Notes: generated from the sequence alone by a model not told the origin. 64,000 nucleotides of DNA from Dimorphilus gyrociliatus (GCA_904063045.1 CAJFCJ010000005.1:697988-761987); one strand, 5' to 3'; shown: positions 1 through 14,623, counted from the first letter of the stretch. Made by a program: numbers and translations.

Positions 1-3000
1 ACATAAACTGATTGTGTACATGTTGGCTTGTTGTCATTAGAATCGACAACATTAAAGGTAGCAACATAGTCAACCTGGACATTTAAATCGTTTTTATTTT
101 TTTAAATAAGATTTTAAGCATTAAAAATTATTTTAAGCAAAACTGACTGTTTTCACTGGCGATCCTGCATCTGAGGCGCGTACTGTAACTGCGTATGTTG
201 TTTGTGTCTCGTAGTCAAGTGATTTGGCAAGAAAAATTTCTCCGGTTGAAGACGAAATTGTAAAGTAATCAGCGCCACTATTTGTAACTGATATGATTTG
301 ATAGGATAGTGATCCATCTGCTCCATGATCAGCATCTGAGGCCGCATATGTAAGTATAGAATAACCAGCTATACTTGTTTCAGCCACATTCTCAGCTGCT
401 GGATTTGATGCGGTAGGGGTGTTGTCATTTATTCCAGTTAATAAAATGGTTACTGGTATATCAACGTAATCACTACCCCCAGTCACTCTCACAACTAGGG
501 AATAGAATTTGGTAGCTGAATCGTAATCCAAAAGTGTGGCTCCAGATCCTTGGTCTTTAACCTTGAGGCTACCTGCAGCGGAGATTTCAAAAGCAGATCC
601 ACCACCACTTTGAATAGCATACGTCATGCTTTCTCCTTCCGGTTCGGTACAATCAATTAGTACTACCTAAACGAAAAATTGACTTTGAAGATCAGATAAT
701 GGACACAAAAAAAACAAATTATATATTACTTACTTGAGTATTGGCAGCCGTATTTTCGGCCAATACAAGAGTGTGAGTGTATGATGTACAAGTTGGCGCC
801 TTATCAGAAACATCAGTAACACTAACCGTTAGTGATACTGTCGCAGACAGAGATCCTGAATCTGTTACTTTATAGTTCAATGAAAAGTACTTGTTGGGCG
901 TAAGAGTGTCATAGTCTAACGCTTTTCTCAAATAAATATTTCCATTTGTACTGTCGATATGAAAGTATTCTCCAGTATCCGATCCTGCTACTTTGGTAAA
1001 AGTTAAGACATCGCCATAGTCGGCATCACTGGCGGCAACTGCTCCAATTAGATCGCCTACTGATGTAGTTTCCGGAATCTATAATATGAACGAAAAGAAA
1101 AACAGTTTAAAAAAGCATTAATTATTATTGCATATATTACTAACAGAAATATCGGCTGGACTTGGAGTTGTAAATGATGGGCCAGCATCATTTGTTGGTG
1201 TAATTGTTATATAAGCAACAGACTGAGACGTCTGTACTCCATCACCAACAGTACAAAGTAATGTATATTTAGTTGTTGGAGTTCCACCACCATCTAAATT
1301 GAATGCTGCCAGTGTTTGAATTCTACCCGAACTTGTAATAGAGAATTTTGACAATGCAGCACCACTTGATCCAGTTAAAGAGTATGAATAAATTGCCGTC
1401 GTTGCATCATTGTCCGTGACGACAACATCTAAAACACTTGTTGAAGGTGCGGAATTTTCCGGAATTGCAACATTATAGACATTAGAATCTAAGGATGGTA
1501 CTTCATCGTTAACATCTTGAACGTTTATCCTAATACTGGTAGTTGTTGCAGAAGCGGCTGGTTTAGTTCCCCGATCACTTGCTTTTACAGATAGCGTATA
1601 ATATTCAACCCCTACACCAGTTCCGTCTCGTTGAAGTTGACTGCTAGTCCTAATAATACCAGTTTTGGGATCGCAGCTGAAGTGTGCCAAAGACGATGTT
1701 GATCCGCCAACTGGTTAAAGAGTATAATTAATAATAAATATATGTAATAATGTACATAAAATATGGTAATTCATTTTCTTACCTAAGGTTGCAGTAGTTG
1801 ACTCTATTGTGAATACTATTTCAGAATCTATTTCCCCGCTTCGATCACTATCAGATGCCGCCAGCGTGAGAACCAATTGACCAATATTAGCTGCTTCAGA
1901 AACATCGTACGGGCTACTTAAAGAACCCCAAGTTGGAGAATTATCGTTTACCGGCTGGACATCTACTATAACTTTTATGGATGAGGTCAACCGAGGAGTG
2001 GCACCACTATTATCAGTCAAGAAAAGAATTAACTCGTAATGAGACTTTGTTTCGTAATCCAGGGCTGTACTTGTTGTCCTCAATCTTACACCAGAGGAAG
2101 TGTCAATTGCGAATTTGGCAGTACTATCGTCGCCGCTGTTTATCGTATAGGCGAAAGCGCCCGTATTTCCTACTGTGTCGGCATCAGTACAACCAGTGAT
2201 AACCGTGACGTCAGTGTTAGCGGCAGAGTTTTCGTCAATTGTAGCTGCATAAAGTTCTGTAGTACAGCTAGGAGCATTATCGTTTACATCATCAATTGAT
2301 ACTGTTACTGTTCCCGATCCCTGCAATAAATAGGTGATATAATAATCAAAAAGAGAAACTGGTATATATTATTATATTTATATTTATTTACTTGAGCACC
2401 TCCTCCATCTGTTGCAACAACAGTTAACTTGAAAACCTTAGTCGCCGCTTCATAATCCAAGCTGGAAGCTACTGCTATTTCTCCAGTTGCTTGATTTATT
2501 TGGAAAAGAGAAGCACCAGTGCTTGGATCAACAGCGCTTATTTCATATTTGACAACATGATGTGGATCTGCATCATCATCACTAGCTGCATAAGTTGTTA
2601 CTGAAAATCCAACAGCTCTGTCTTCAAGTACATTTACAGTGGGATTCGACGGAAATGATGGTGTTGTATCTTCGTTTATAGGCTGAAGGGCAATGGCAAC
2701 AGGGATATTAATTGTATTTGTACCGTCTGTAACGTCAACAACTAAATTGTAAATTTTGGGTTTTGCCGCGTTATCCCAGTCTAGTGCAGTAGAACCAGAC
2801 TTGTCAGCTATTGTAATAACGCCCGTTGAGGAAATATCAAATGCAGTATCAATATTTGTAGCTGCTTGAATTGAATAAGATAAAGCGTCATCATCATTGC
2901 AGTTAAGAGTGGCAGCAGTAAATCCAGACGCAGCATTCTCATTGACTGTGGCGCTGAGAGCAGGAGGGGTGCAGGAGGGAATTACATCGCTTACGGGAGT

Positions 3001-6000
3001 AACTGTTACTGAAACTGTTGTACTGCCAGTATTCTTCGATACCCCATTATCTACTGCATCCACAATGAATGATATCACTTTAGTTGCACCCATTGTGTCA
3101 TAATCGACCATCTTTTTAAGATAGACTTCTCCCGACGCACCAACTCCAAAGTAATCACTTGAATCTCCACTACCAGTTCTCTCCGAGTAAGTTAATGCGG
3201 CATCTCTTCCGAAGTCTCCATCAGTAGCAGCCACAGTGAAAAGAGTTGCACCTGCTGTCTGACTCTCTGGCAGATTATGAGTGTAAGGATCAGTTGCAAA
3301 GTTTGGAGTGTTATCATTATTTCCAACAATTGTTATAATGACTGTAGTTGTTGCAGTTTTAGCAGACGATGCCTGATCAGTTGCTTTAATTTCAAGTGAG
3401 TAGGATTCAACTTTCAAAGCATCGGGATCGAAAACGGTATTGACTTTTATAGTTGCCACATCACCGCTGCTTGTTTGTTTAAATTTTGTAGTATCTCCTC
3501 CAGATATAGAAAATGTATATGAATTTGTCTTATCGCTATCAGCAACCGTAACTGTTGTAATTACTGCGTCAGCAGCAATAGCAGTCTCCGCTAAATTCGC
3601 AGTATAAACAGATTTCGAAAATGCTGGTTCAAATTCGTTCACATCGTCGACGTTTACAGTAAAACTAGCGGTTGTCGACAATGAACCTCCGTCGGTGACT
3701 TTAACGACCAACGAATAATAATCTGTAGTTTCTCTATCAATGAAATCTGCTGTATATACTTTTCCATTGGATGCATCAACGCGAAATTTTGTGGCCACGT
3801 CAGTATTAGACATATCTTTGGCAGAGACAAGAGCAAATGTAAACTGTCCATGGCTGGTTGAAGAATCATCACTGTCGGATCCGCCGAGTGTTAAGAGTTC
3901 AGTACCAGGTGCGCTATCTTCTCCTTTGTTAATGTCACCAGGGGTGGGCGAAAAGGTTGGCGTATGTTCGTTAACGGGTAAAACGGTAACTTGAACAGTG
4001 GTTGTTGCAGTGTTAGTTCCTGCCGCACCTGGAGTTCCATCAACTAAACGAATAACCAATGCGTAGATTTTAGTCGTCTCAAAGTCCAATTGGTTTGCAG
4101 TTGTTTGTATAAGTCCGCTAGCCGAGCCGATTTTAAATTTATTTGAACCTGAATCATCTCCACCCGTTATTCTATTATTTGTGTTAAAAAGAAAATGCCC
4201 ATTACAAACAAAATATGTATAAAGTTTTAACTAATGAAAATTCCTTACGCAAAATTCAATGCCACATTAGCTCCACTAGATGTGTGATCACCGTCGGTGC
4301 AAGTTGTTGATAAATCAATTACATTTGTATCAGCCGCTGAGTTTTCATTTGCAGTTGCATAGAATTTATTAAGAGTACAACTAGGTGTGTTGTCGTTCAC
4401 ATCCGTTACGGATACTGTTGCAGTTGAGCTAGCCTATATATATATATATAAAAAGAATTGATATCAAGTTCCTATGGACAAAAAATGTAAAATATTTCTC
4501 TAAAAACTAACAAACAGTCCTGCTCCATCAGTTGCTTTTATGGTAAGTTTATAGATTTTATCCGATTCGTAATCCAAAGTTTGAGCAAGAATTAGGGCGG
4601 CCGAATGTTGATTTATTTGAAATTTATCGATTCCACCAGATATATCCACTGAAACAAAATGATTAATTGTATATTCACTGTATCATTATAGTAGTATAGG
4701 ACTGAATTTTGAATAGCTTTTTTTTCCATTCAAAAAGTTGTTTACCTGCTTCAATTGAGTAGGTTGTCACTGAGTGGGGAGCGTAATCTGCATCGGTTGC
4801 AGTAAAGGAAGTTATACTATGGCCAATAGCCGAGTTTTCGGAAACAAGAAAGGTTGCTTGAGCAGTTGTATACGAGAAAACTGGTGTGTGTTCATTAACA
4901 CCTAAAAAAGAATTGGCAGTTAGACACAACAATTTCAGAATATTTCCCAATTTTGATAAACCTGTTACTTGGATGGTTACTGGAATATCCAATGTTGAAC
5001 TACCCGATGTTACTCGTACAGTCAAGCTATAGAACTGGTTAGCAGAATCATAGTCCAACGCTGATTTGGGTAAAAAATATCTTAATATATTAAACTGGTA
5101 GCATATTAGATATGACGTAATACAAGATTGGGAAAATGATAGTAGAATTCCTACCTTTTGCCAAAGTAATAATACCGCTGGAAGGATTAATAGCAAAATC
5201 CGTATTGGTGTTTCCGCTTATGATAGTATATGTAGGTGTCTCTGAACTGTCGGCATCGGAACAAGATATTGTAACACCCACCTGTTGAAAGTAATGTACA
5301 ATTGAAAGGTCAAGGTCAAACAGGAAAACTTGGTTTTCTTTTTAAAAAAAACCTAACGAAAATAAGTTAACTTACCGCAGAATTAACGGCGTGGCTTTCA
5401 GCCAAACTTATGCTGTGCGAGTAGTCAGTGCATATAATATTTTCGTCAGAGGAGTCCAAGAGGGAAATACTTTGGGTAACAGTACCAGTTTTCGAATTAG
5501 GATTTGTTCCATCATCTCTTGCTTCAATAACAAGATTATAAGAAGCAGTTGATTCTCTGTTTAGAGTTTTTGCGGTTCTGATCTCTCCCGTTGAAGGATT
5601 GATAACGAATTCCGAGTTAGTATTTCCGGATGTAATGACATAGGTTAAGGTTCCGTCTGCTCCAGAGTCGTCATCGCTAGCAGTAAGAGTTATGACTGCC
5701 GAATCTATAGCTGTATTCTCAGCAAGCTAGAAAAAACAAAAAAAAGATTCTCCTCTCAAACAATGTCATTAATGGAATGATAAGAAAATAAAGAACCAAC
5801 AGGTTGTGTCGAAGTTGCAGAGAAGGTAGGGGCGAAATCATTTTTGGAAGTGACGTCAATATGGACTGTAACAGTTCCTGTTAATTCTGTTGCTTGTCCG
5901 TCTTTCGCAATAATTACTAAGTCGTACGAAGATGGATCCAAAGTTCCAGCATCTAGATTTATTACACTGGCGGTAGTGGAAAGAAGGCCTCCGGAAGTAA

Positions 6001-9000
6001 GTGAAAATTTTGCAGCAGAATTTCCATGACCGGACGCAGGGAAGGCGTATGTAATACTATTTCCGTCAGCGTCGGTTGCCGCCAATTGAGCCACAGAAGT
6101 ACCTGAAGCACTTCCTTCCTCAATTGTCTTTACTAGATAGTTGTCGCTAATATTATAAAAAATTAAAACGAGCAAATATTAACTAGATCTCGTTAAGCCA
6201 ATTAAGCTAATATTTTCATTATGATGCTCACCTAAAAAAAGGTGCGTGTTCGTTGACGTCGGTAATAGAAACAGTTATTGTCATTGTAACAGATTGAGGT
6301 GTAGAATCGGTATTTTCGGCTTTTACATTCAATAGATATTCATCAACTCCATTTGCAGCATCGTCCCTATCCGTTAAAGCTGACGTCTTTAAAAGTCCTG
6401 TCATTGAATCTAGAGTAAATGTTCCAGCGGCCGCCGTTGTTGCTGCTCCTTTTTTCTTTTGAATAGATATTATACCAAATCGAATAGTTGCATCGTCTGA
6501 CGAAGTTGGTAGATCTACGTCGTTCGCAGCTAGCGTTGCTACGCTAGTACCTATCGCTGTATTTTCTGCTAACTGATAAAAGGCAGGTGAAGTATAGGCT
6601 GGAGTAAAGGTTCCCCAAGTTGGGGCATTATCGTTTAGAGGCAGAATCGCAACGTACACGGTAACAGATGAAGTTTGTTTAGGACTGACGTTACTATTAT
6701 CTACCATATTTATAACTAAAGTGTAGGAAGACACTGTTTCATAGTCGGTCGCACTAGCAGTTGTTTTAACTTGAATTGGCGATGATGACGTATCCAATGA
6801 GAATTTTCCGCTGTCTCCAGTTAGAGTATAGCTTATTGTTCCAAAATTGCCGCTCGTATCGGCATCCGTACAAGTAAGGGCCTGCACAACGCTGCCTAAT
6901 ATGTATTTAAAACAATTGCTTAGTTGATTATAAATGGAAGAAACTTTGTTCGTTCACCTGTTCCTACGTTCTCATTAACGACAGCATTATATATGCTTTT
7001 ATCGCAAGTAGGTATATTGTCATTGGCATCGTCAAGAGTGACGGTTAAGATTTTTGTATCCTATAAAAAGAGACAAAAAAAGTGAAAACAACTAACGTTG
7101 GGCTTAATCTAGACTATTCTAGATTGGGAATAATTTTTTTACCGAATTTCCAGCTCCATCTGTTGCTTTGATACTTAAAGAATAGCTAGTTGGTGAGGTG
7201 TCGTAATCTAAAGTATCCGCAACGCGAATCTCTCCATTTTGTGGATTAATAACAAATTTTGCCGGTGTTCCAGCTCCACTTAATAATTCGTATAGCACAA
7301 CATTATGGGGGGCTCTATCGGCGTCAGCCGCCACAAAAGTAGAGGTAACTAAATCTCCAATACTAGCCGACTCTGCAACATTTACACTGCTGGCTGTTAA
7401 CAACGGATTATTATTGTTAACTGGATTCACAGCAACTGTCACTGGTATATCTATATAATCACTGCCACCCGTTACTCTGACTGTCAATTGAAACAGTTCT
7501 GTGCCGGCATCATAGTCGATAGCTGAAGAAGTTGAAACTGTAATTGCCCCCGTACTGGCGCTCAAAGCAAATGCATTTCCAGTATTTCCGGACGGACTAC
7601 CCCAAGCATAAGTGAGCGAATTGTCATCAGTGCAACTCAGAGTAACCACCTGTGTTGTGTTAATAATTTAACAATGAGTATAAATATATATATATACTGT
7701 TTATAGAAAATTTATTCAAATTACAGATCCAGTCGTTTTCTCGTCGATCGAGACTGAATATGATGCGGGATTGCAAGACGGTTTTGAATCTAGTACATCC
7801 GAAACTGTTACAGTTAAATCTGCCGTAGCTGTATTCGACCCATCCGTTACGTGAAGCTAAAAAAGAAGTAAATTAAGGAAATTCAAAAGAAAATCTTTAT
7901 TTTCATCAGACGCTTATTTATCATTTATATCTTACGGCTAATGTGATTGTTTTGGGACTGATTGAATCGTAATCAACAGGCTTTTGTAGTATTACATTCG
8001 CTTGGTTCGACTTTGATTCGATAAGGAAATAGTTGTCAGTGTCTCCGCCTTTTTTTTGTAAATTAAGATAACAAATTATTATTATTCTATGGGAAAACTA
8101 TGGGAATTTCCCCTTAATAAAGTAAAAAAATCGTATACTTTGTTTGGTATAGGCAAGAACGGCGTCGAAATCTTGATCAGTGGCCGAAATTGATTTAATT
8201 GTCGTTCCAACAGTTGTATCTTCTGGCATCTATTCAATATAAATGTATTTTAGGTTATATCGATATTTGATATGATTTACTCTAATTATATTATTCACTT
8301 ACTGTATGAGTGTATGTTGCGGAAGCAAATGTTGGATTTTTGTCATTTACACCAGCAACGCTGACGGATACCGTTGCAGTTGTTATTAGAGCGGATGACG
8401 AACCGTCGGTAACTAATACAATAAGTGTGTAGGTCTCACTATCTGGACTTCCATCTTGGTCGGGGTCTATTGCTGATGCAAGAGAAATTGTACAGGTTGA
8501 TGCCGCAAATGAAGCAGAAAATTTTGAGAAAGTTGACTGTAGGCTGCAGCCGATAGTTTTTGTACCATCGCTATCGGACGCTGTCAAGGTGGCGATTGCG
8601 CCCGAACTCGCATCCTCAGTTGCAGTAACGGACTGAAGAATTGGAGTGACAACCGGAGAAAATTCATTGTAGTCAGTAACCGATATTGTTATAGTTGTCT
8701 CAACCGATAAACGACCGGTAGTAGGATTATCCCTGGCTTTTACTGTTAATGTATGAGTGGTTGAAGTCTCATAATCCAGAGCCTTTTTTAATTGCATTTT
8801 TCCCGTTACGGGATCAACATTAAAATAGCTGATGGACGACGCTCCCGAACCTAAACGGAACATTTTGGTTTTCAGAAACTATTAGAATGTTCACGTTAAT
8901 AAACAATGTAATAATGAATCGAACCGTCTACGGCGGTTGTCAATTCGTAGACAACATCTCCATGACCGAGATTGCCTGTATCTGCATCATTTGCGGTTAG

Positions 9001-10965
9001 GGTCATAATTAGAAATCCAACAGCTTCATTTTCGGATACAGGTGTATTGGATGGAGTAGTCTGCCAAACAGGTGTATTTTCGTTGACAGGAACAATATCA
9101 ACGATGACTGTACCCGTAGATTTCAGACTACCAGAATCCGCACACTCAACTAAAAGGGTATATAGGGGATTTGTCTCATAGTCAATTGCGGTAGTTGTCG
9201 TCTGTAGAAGTCCGTTGGATGAGCCGAGTGAGAATTTTGCACTAGCATCATCACCACTTTTGATTGTATACGTGATAGTATTAAATGAAGACGATAAATC
9301 ATTATCAGTGCAAGCGAGAGTTGCCAAAGACGTGGCTGATAATTAGAAAAGTATCTCTAGAAGGGAGCCGACCATAACAAATGAATAAAGTGTAATATTA
9401 CCTGTTGTTAACCCTTCCGTTACTTGAACGTAATAGGCTGCTTGACTGAAACGTGGCGTATTATCATTAGCATCGGTAATACTAACAGTTAACGTTGACG
9501 TTGCAGTATGGGAATTTCTATCAATTCCCAAAATTGTGATTGTATCGTAACATTTACAGGCAACAGCGCTTAATGATTCGTAGTCCAAGGTGGCTGCAGT
9601 CTTAATTTCACCGGTTGTAGGATTGATAGCGAATTTATCGGCGTTGGTTCCTAAACGTAAAAAGATAAGGGGAAAGTGGTTATTGGATCTATATAAATGT
9701 TTGAACTGTCTGTGTATAGGATATATATTATAAAACAAAAGTATTGTGTACCGGCTAACGAATAAACGAGATGACCGGTGTCTTCAGCATCGCCGTCTGT
9801 TAGGCCGATAGCGTTGTCTAGAGTTAGAACAATACCCGGAGCCTGATTTTCCGTTACAGTTGAAACATAAGTGGGGTTACCCAACACTGGAGTTTCATCG
9901 TTCCAGTCGTTAATTTGAGCAGTAACGGTAAATGTGCTCGTTGACGGCGCCGTATCCGAAACCCTTAAAAAATATTTCATATTATTTACGAAATATGTAA
10001 ATTATTTAATATCACTAAACAGACATAACAATATTTTTATTCTCATAACGTGTAGTACGGATTATCTTTTAATAGAATTATTTAATAACCTACTTGAAGT
10101 GCCACTAATCTCCACCCACCATTCGCCTTAAAGAAGTAATTAAGTTAACGGAGGTGGCTATGTCCTAGAAAAGGGTTTCTTTTTATGATTTCTTAAAACT
10201 AATTAATATTCAACATACTTTCGTAGGGCGAAAGAGTAAAAAAAAAAAGTACTTTGTACAATCGGTAAACATAGTTTTCTCTTTTAATTACACATGTTCA
10301 ATAGTATAAAGTTTACTTTCGAAACTTACCAAACCCTAAAAATCGACACGAACAAACATAAAATATTGACATTTTTACAACTAAACTAGACGGAAAAAAA
10401 GAATTCTTTTTTTTTTTAAAAAAAATTCAATATATCGAATAAAGTTAAAAAACGACCTTTTTTCTGGTTTTTTTTCAAATATTCAAGGCGGGGGGATTCA
10501 AGAGTGTTATTGAATTATTGTTTCTCTCTCTTATTAAATTGGATATATTGTATAACTTACTCGTAGGTTATTGTATAAGAAGTTTCTCCAGAGTCGTAGT
10601 CAAATGTTACACTACTCCTTTGTTGAACAGTATAAGTGTTGGAAGATGATACGACTTCAAACTTCGTATTTACGCTGGCTGGTAATAGGGTGACTGTTAC
10701 AGCTCCTACACTTGCTGTCACAGTGAATACATCCGAAAAAGTTAATGCACCGGATGGAAGAGCATATTTATTGTTTTCGGTTAGTTGGATGGTTCCTCCC
10801 GGCGATCTATTCAAGGTAATCGCTGAAAAAAACGAACATGAAAAAAATTTAAAAAAAAGAACAAAGCAAAACTATATCCAACTTACATTGAAGATGAGGT
10901 AGAAAAAGGAGATAAATAGCTAATAAAGTGAATTTAACTTTGGAGGATAAGAGTTGATAAGACAT
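1..10965 (-). CDS. Giant cadherin-repeat protein (Fat/Dachsous/CDH23-like architecture), 5' part; continues beyond left edge
   Basis: Hand-spliced 25 exons with consistent phases: 10965-10887, 10822-10561, 9963-9752, 9650-9402, 9335-8925, 8850-8303, 8229-8139, 8048-7936, 7856-7725, 7649-7143, 7060-6958, 6895-6232, 6146-5801, 5726-5376, 5281-5155, 5060-4962, 4901-4746, 4648-4512, 4433-4249, 4171-2392, 2320-1783, 1710-1145, 1078-734, 666-148, 74-<1 (~8.6 kb CDS, ~2,860 aa). Signal peptide MSYQLLSSKVKFTLLAIYLLFLPHLQS. About 26 EC repeats with PE, LDYE/LDRE, AxDxD and DxNDNxP Ca2+-binding motifs. No TM segment within the window; subfamily cannot be assigned without the C-terminus. Confidence 0.93.
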
Positions 10966-13900
10966 TTAAATTGATTTATTCATTTATCAAGTGATTCTTT
11001 AAAAAGTAAACGCAAAATATAAAAAATAAAATTAACGAAAGGTAGGCTCTAAAAGTTTTTTAGCACTGTCGACTGAGAATAGTTTAATAACTGCCAGGAT
11101 TTGCTTAGTGCTTGTTTAAGCTATATTCCAGAACTAGTAAATATAGGCCTGTATCTAAAATTTTGTTATTATATACTTTATTCACAAGCTTCTTGTCTAA
11201 TAAATTACTAATCCAGCTAAAAACAAGTTTGGTCTGAACGACTGTTCGAGTTCAATACCCGAAATTAGAGGTTTCATTAAAATATTATAGAACAATTATA
11301 TTAAAATTTCTTGATGGTCAATAGGTTGAATGACCGGAAATTAAAATTTTCCTTCAATCAAAAGTCTTTCGTTTCTTAATAAATGTAATTAAACAACTAA
11401 TTATTTATTGTTTAATCGATTTATTTAAAGCATCTATGTAAATTCAAGATCTAGACCCTCCTATTGTCCTCCTTACTTATTAACTCGAATAATTAGCAAT
11501 AATAATAAACATATTAATAATAGAATAGCTACTCAATACGATAATTAAACATAATTATATCAATCAAACTTTTTTGCTACATAAACAGTCTTATAAACAA
11601 TTTTCAAGACCAAATCTTTTAATATATTACAGAGTTTGTATTAATAATTTAATTGTTGATTGTATTTCAATCGGAAGACTCAAAGAACAACAACGTTATA
11701 ACGATTCAGCGCTATATTAATGACAGTGGGTTCCTTTTCGAAGTAAGGCTAAACTGATTAGTATTCTTATCGTATCTATAGAAATCTTGGAACAAGCTTA
11801 GTGAAATGACACTTTTATCCAAGATTCTTATGGGAAAGGTTTAATAACAATAGAATTGACAATAATAATAATAATTACGTAATTATGTAAGATATTTTCT
11901 ACTCTATTCTCTTTTTTTGAATTATGACGATAGAGTAGCTTGCGCAATCGGATCGAACTCTTTTAACTGCTTATTTTGGAAATAAACAAAATATCGCTAT
12001 TGGTAATCGCTTATTGAAAGCTGACAAGTTGGTCAAGTTGATTTTTTATAGAGAGAGGGAGAAAAAAAAAAAGCCCTACGTATTTCATCGATTTGAGGAG
12101 AAATGAATCAAATAGTTAATGGGTTAATTCATGACTGTAACCTTCGCTAAGATCATGACCCTTTTGGGAAATTACTCTTTCCCAGGTAATTTATTACTTG
12201 TGATTTCTAGCTTTAAGAGCATGTACTCCCGTCATCAAAGCGGATAGCAGATGGGGATGTTGAATTGATTATGATAGCCCCTGTGGCAATCTCGAAAGAG
12301 AGTACTACTAAACTTCTCTAACAATATCACTATCCTTGTCTTTCTAGAATTTCTAAACAGATGAATAAAAGGAGCGAGCATAACTTGTAAGGTTTGTACA
12401 ATTAGTTGAAAAATGTGAACAATTTTTGATCGATAGAAAATATATTCTCCCCTTTTCCTAATTGGTTGCGAATAACAATTTTAAGTTGTTTTACAGTAAA
12501 TATCCACTTTATAGCTTTATAAAAGAGTACAGAGTGGATTTATTGGAAATTTCCATTCTTCAAATATGTTTCTTCTAATTAACAGTTAAATGCAAAGTAG
12601 TCTCTTTTTAACCTCTATAGTATAGACTTTTTAAAGAAAATAGGCCAACAAAGTTACCATAATAATAATGATGATGATAGCAACAGAAATAATAGTGACA
12701 AATAGTTTAAATTTCAATGCGTATAGCACTTTTTCGGGAATTTTCATTTCTTCACCGTTGCAAATACAAAACACTCGAGTGGGCGAGAGCTATGTGTTTT
12801 CATAATAAAATAGTAGATATTAATCTTTTTATTTCTTGTTAATCCTTTGTGTTATTTGTCTACCTATCAATTCTTTTAAACTCTTCTATCTGTTGCCAAA
12901 CTTTTATCAAATTAACAGCTAATGAAATGATAAATCTGAAGTTGTTTGCATTTTTATCGGAAAATGAAAGTAGATAAGGTAATGATTGATGAACAACAGA
13001 AGGGATAAACTACTAAAGTTAATTGAATATTGCTTAAATAAGCTATCTAGTTTTTAATTCCTTACTGTTGAAAAGTGAGTTAACAAAGTAAAAAAAAATA
13101 CGTAGGCGCTTTTATTATCTATTAACAGTCGAATACTTGGAAATGAAAAGAATATGTTAATGTCCGCTGTTGCTAGACTAGATGTCAGTGTTGGTTTACG
13201 TGTAATTTACCAGGAGAAATGTAATTGTTTCACTTTTAGCAATCGCAATACACATATTTACCTAGATAGAGAGAAGAAGAGATAGAGATAGAGAGAGAGA
13301 GAGAGAGATAGAGTTCATATCTGTATCTACATATCTCAATGAATTATTTCTCTTTATAATGAGATTTATTACTGTTTTTTTCTCTTAAAAGTAACAATAA
13401 GTTTGAGTTTTATTAAAGGTTTTATTTATATAGATAAATAGCTAAGTCGTTGCAAGGTCAAAGAATGTTTTAAGCCTATTGTTTTCCTTGTTGAGTAAAT
13501 TAAATTGATGAAAATTCACTAAACATGACGCTTTTCAATGCAGGAAACAATCCAATAGATCTTTATTATTAATAATTTAAGGCTGATGTCATATCACGGA
13601 GATTAATAAATTCCTCAATGGGCGCAATAGTCTTTCATTTGTACGACAATTCGTTCAGCTGCCTGACTATTTATAGCTCATCCCTCGACAGGAAGTCTAA
13701 CCGAAGGCTTTTTTCGGGAGAAAATATTGTTGTTGTAGATAATTGCTGCCATTATATAAGCGTATGAATCTGCTTTTTCGCCCCTAGACTTAATTTACTA
13801 AATAGACCTTTTTGATGTATACCTTGAATAGAAAATGTCAGCATATTAAATCTGCAAACTGATTTTTATCAACAAACAAGCAAGCCTACAAGAGGAGAGG

Positions 13901-14530
13901 TTTTTAAGCCGATTAAAGTCAAACTAAGAGTTTGTCTTGTTTACATTTCAATTTATCTATCTTCCAAAATCTGAATGAAAAAGCGAAATTTAAGGGCTAT
14001 TCGTTATTTCGGTTAGGTCTCTGGACACCTATTAGACCTATATCTTTCTCTATTATGTTACTAGAAGGAAATCTAAAAGTTTCCAACACAATCATATATT
14101 ATTCTTGAGTTTTAACATTGTAAAAAGAATAATATACTTTTAAGAAAGAGATTTAACCAATCGTATATAATCCCTTATTATTAGAATATAAAGTATACTG
14201 TATATTGTATACATAATAATTATGAGTCATATTTGTGCAAGATTTAGTTAGCTTTATAAAGAAAAGATCGTAATCGTTTTGTAAATATGATGTTATCGTA
14301 TTAATAAAACGACATCTCACTTTGTTATTGTAGAGTTTTCTTGTTGAACGAATACAATATTATTGGAAGCATTAGAGTATGAAAAGACTGGAATATTTTA
14401 AATAATTTAACTTACTTTAGCTGCAGTTGTTTTTATTGTTTGTTGTTTGTTTATTATTATTGTTTTCTGTTGTTTAAAAATATTTACTGAAACGTGATCG
14501 TTTTAACATCGTGACCAATAGCTGCATGCG

Positions 14531-14582
14531 TGTATGTATGTATGTGTGTGTGTGTGTGTGTGTATGTGTCTCAGTGCGTGTT

Positions 14583-14623
<41 letters not shown>
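14531..14623. repeat. Compound (TGTA)/(GT)n/(CT)n microsatellite
   Basis: Read directly: tgtatgtatgtatgtgtgtg... followed by (ct)n. Confidence 0.9.

Noticed and set aside
1981-10902. Plus-strand ORFs over the cadherin (1981-2199, 2039-2299, 2897-3103, 3740-3994, 5844-6029, 8972-9181, 10636-10902)
   Set aside because: Antisense shadows of cadherin exons with no independent motifs.
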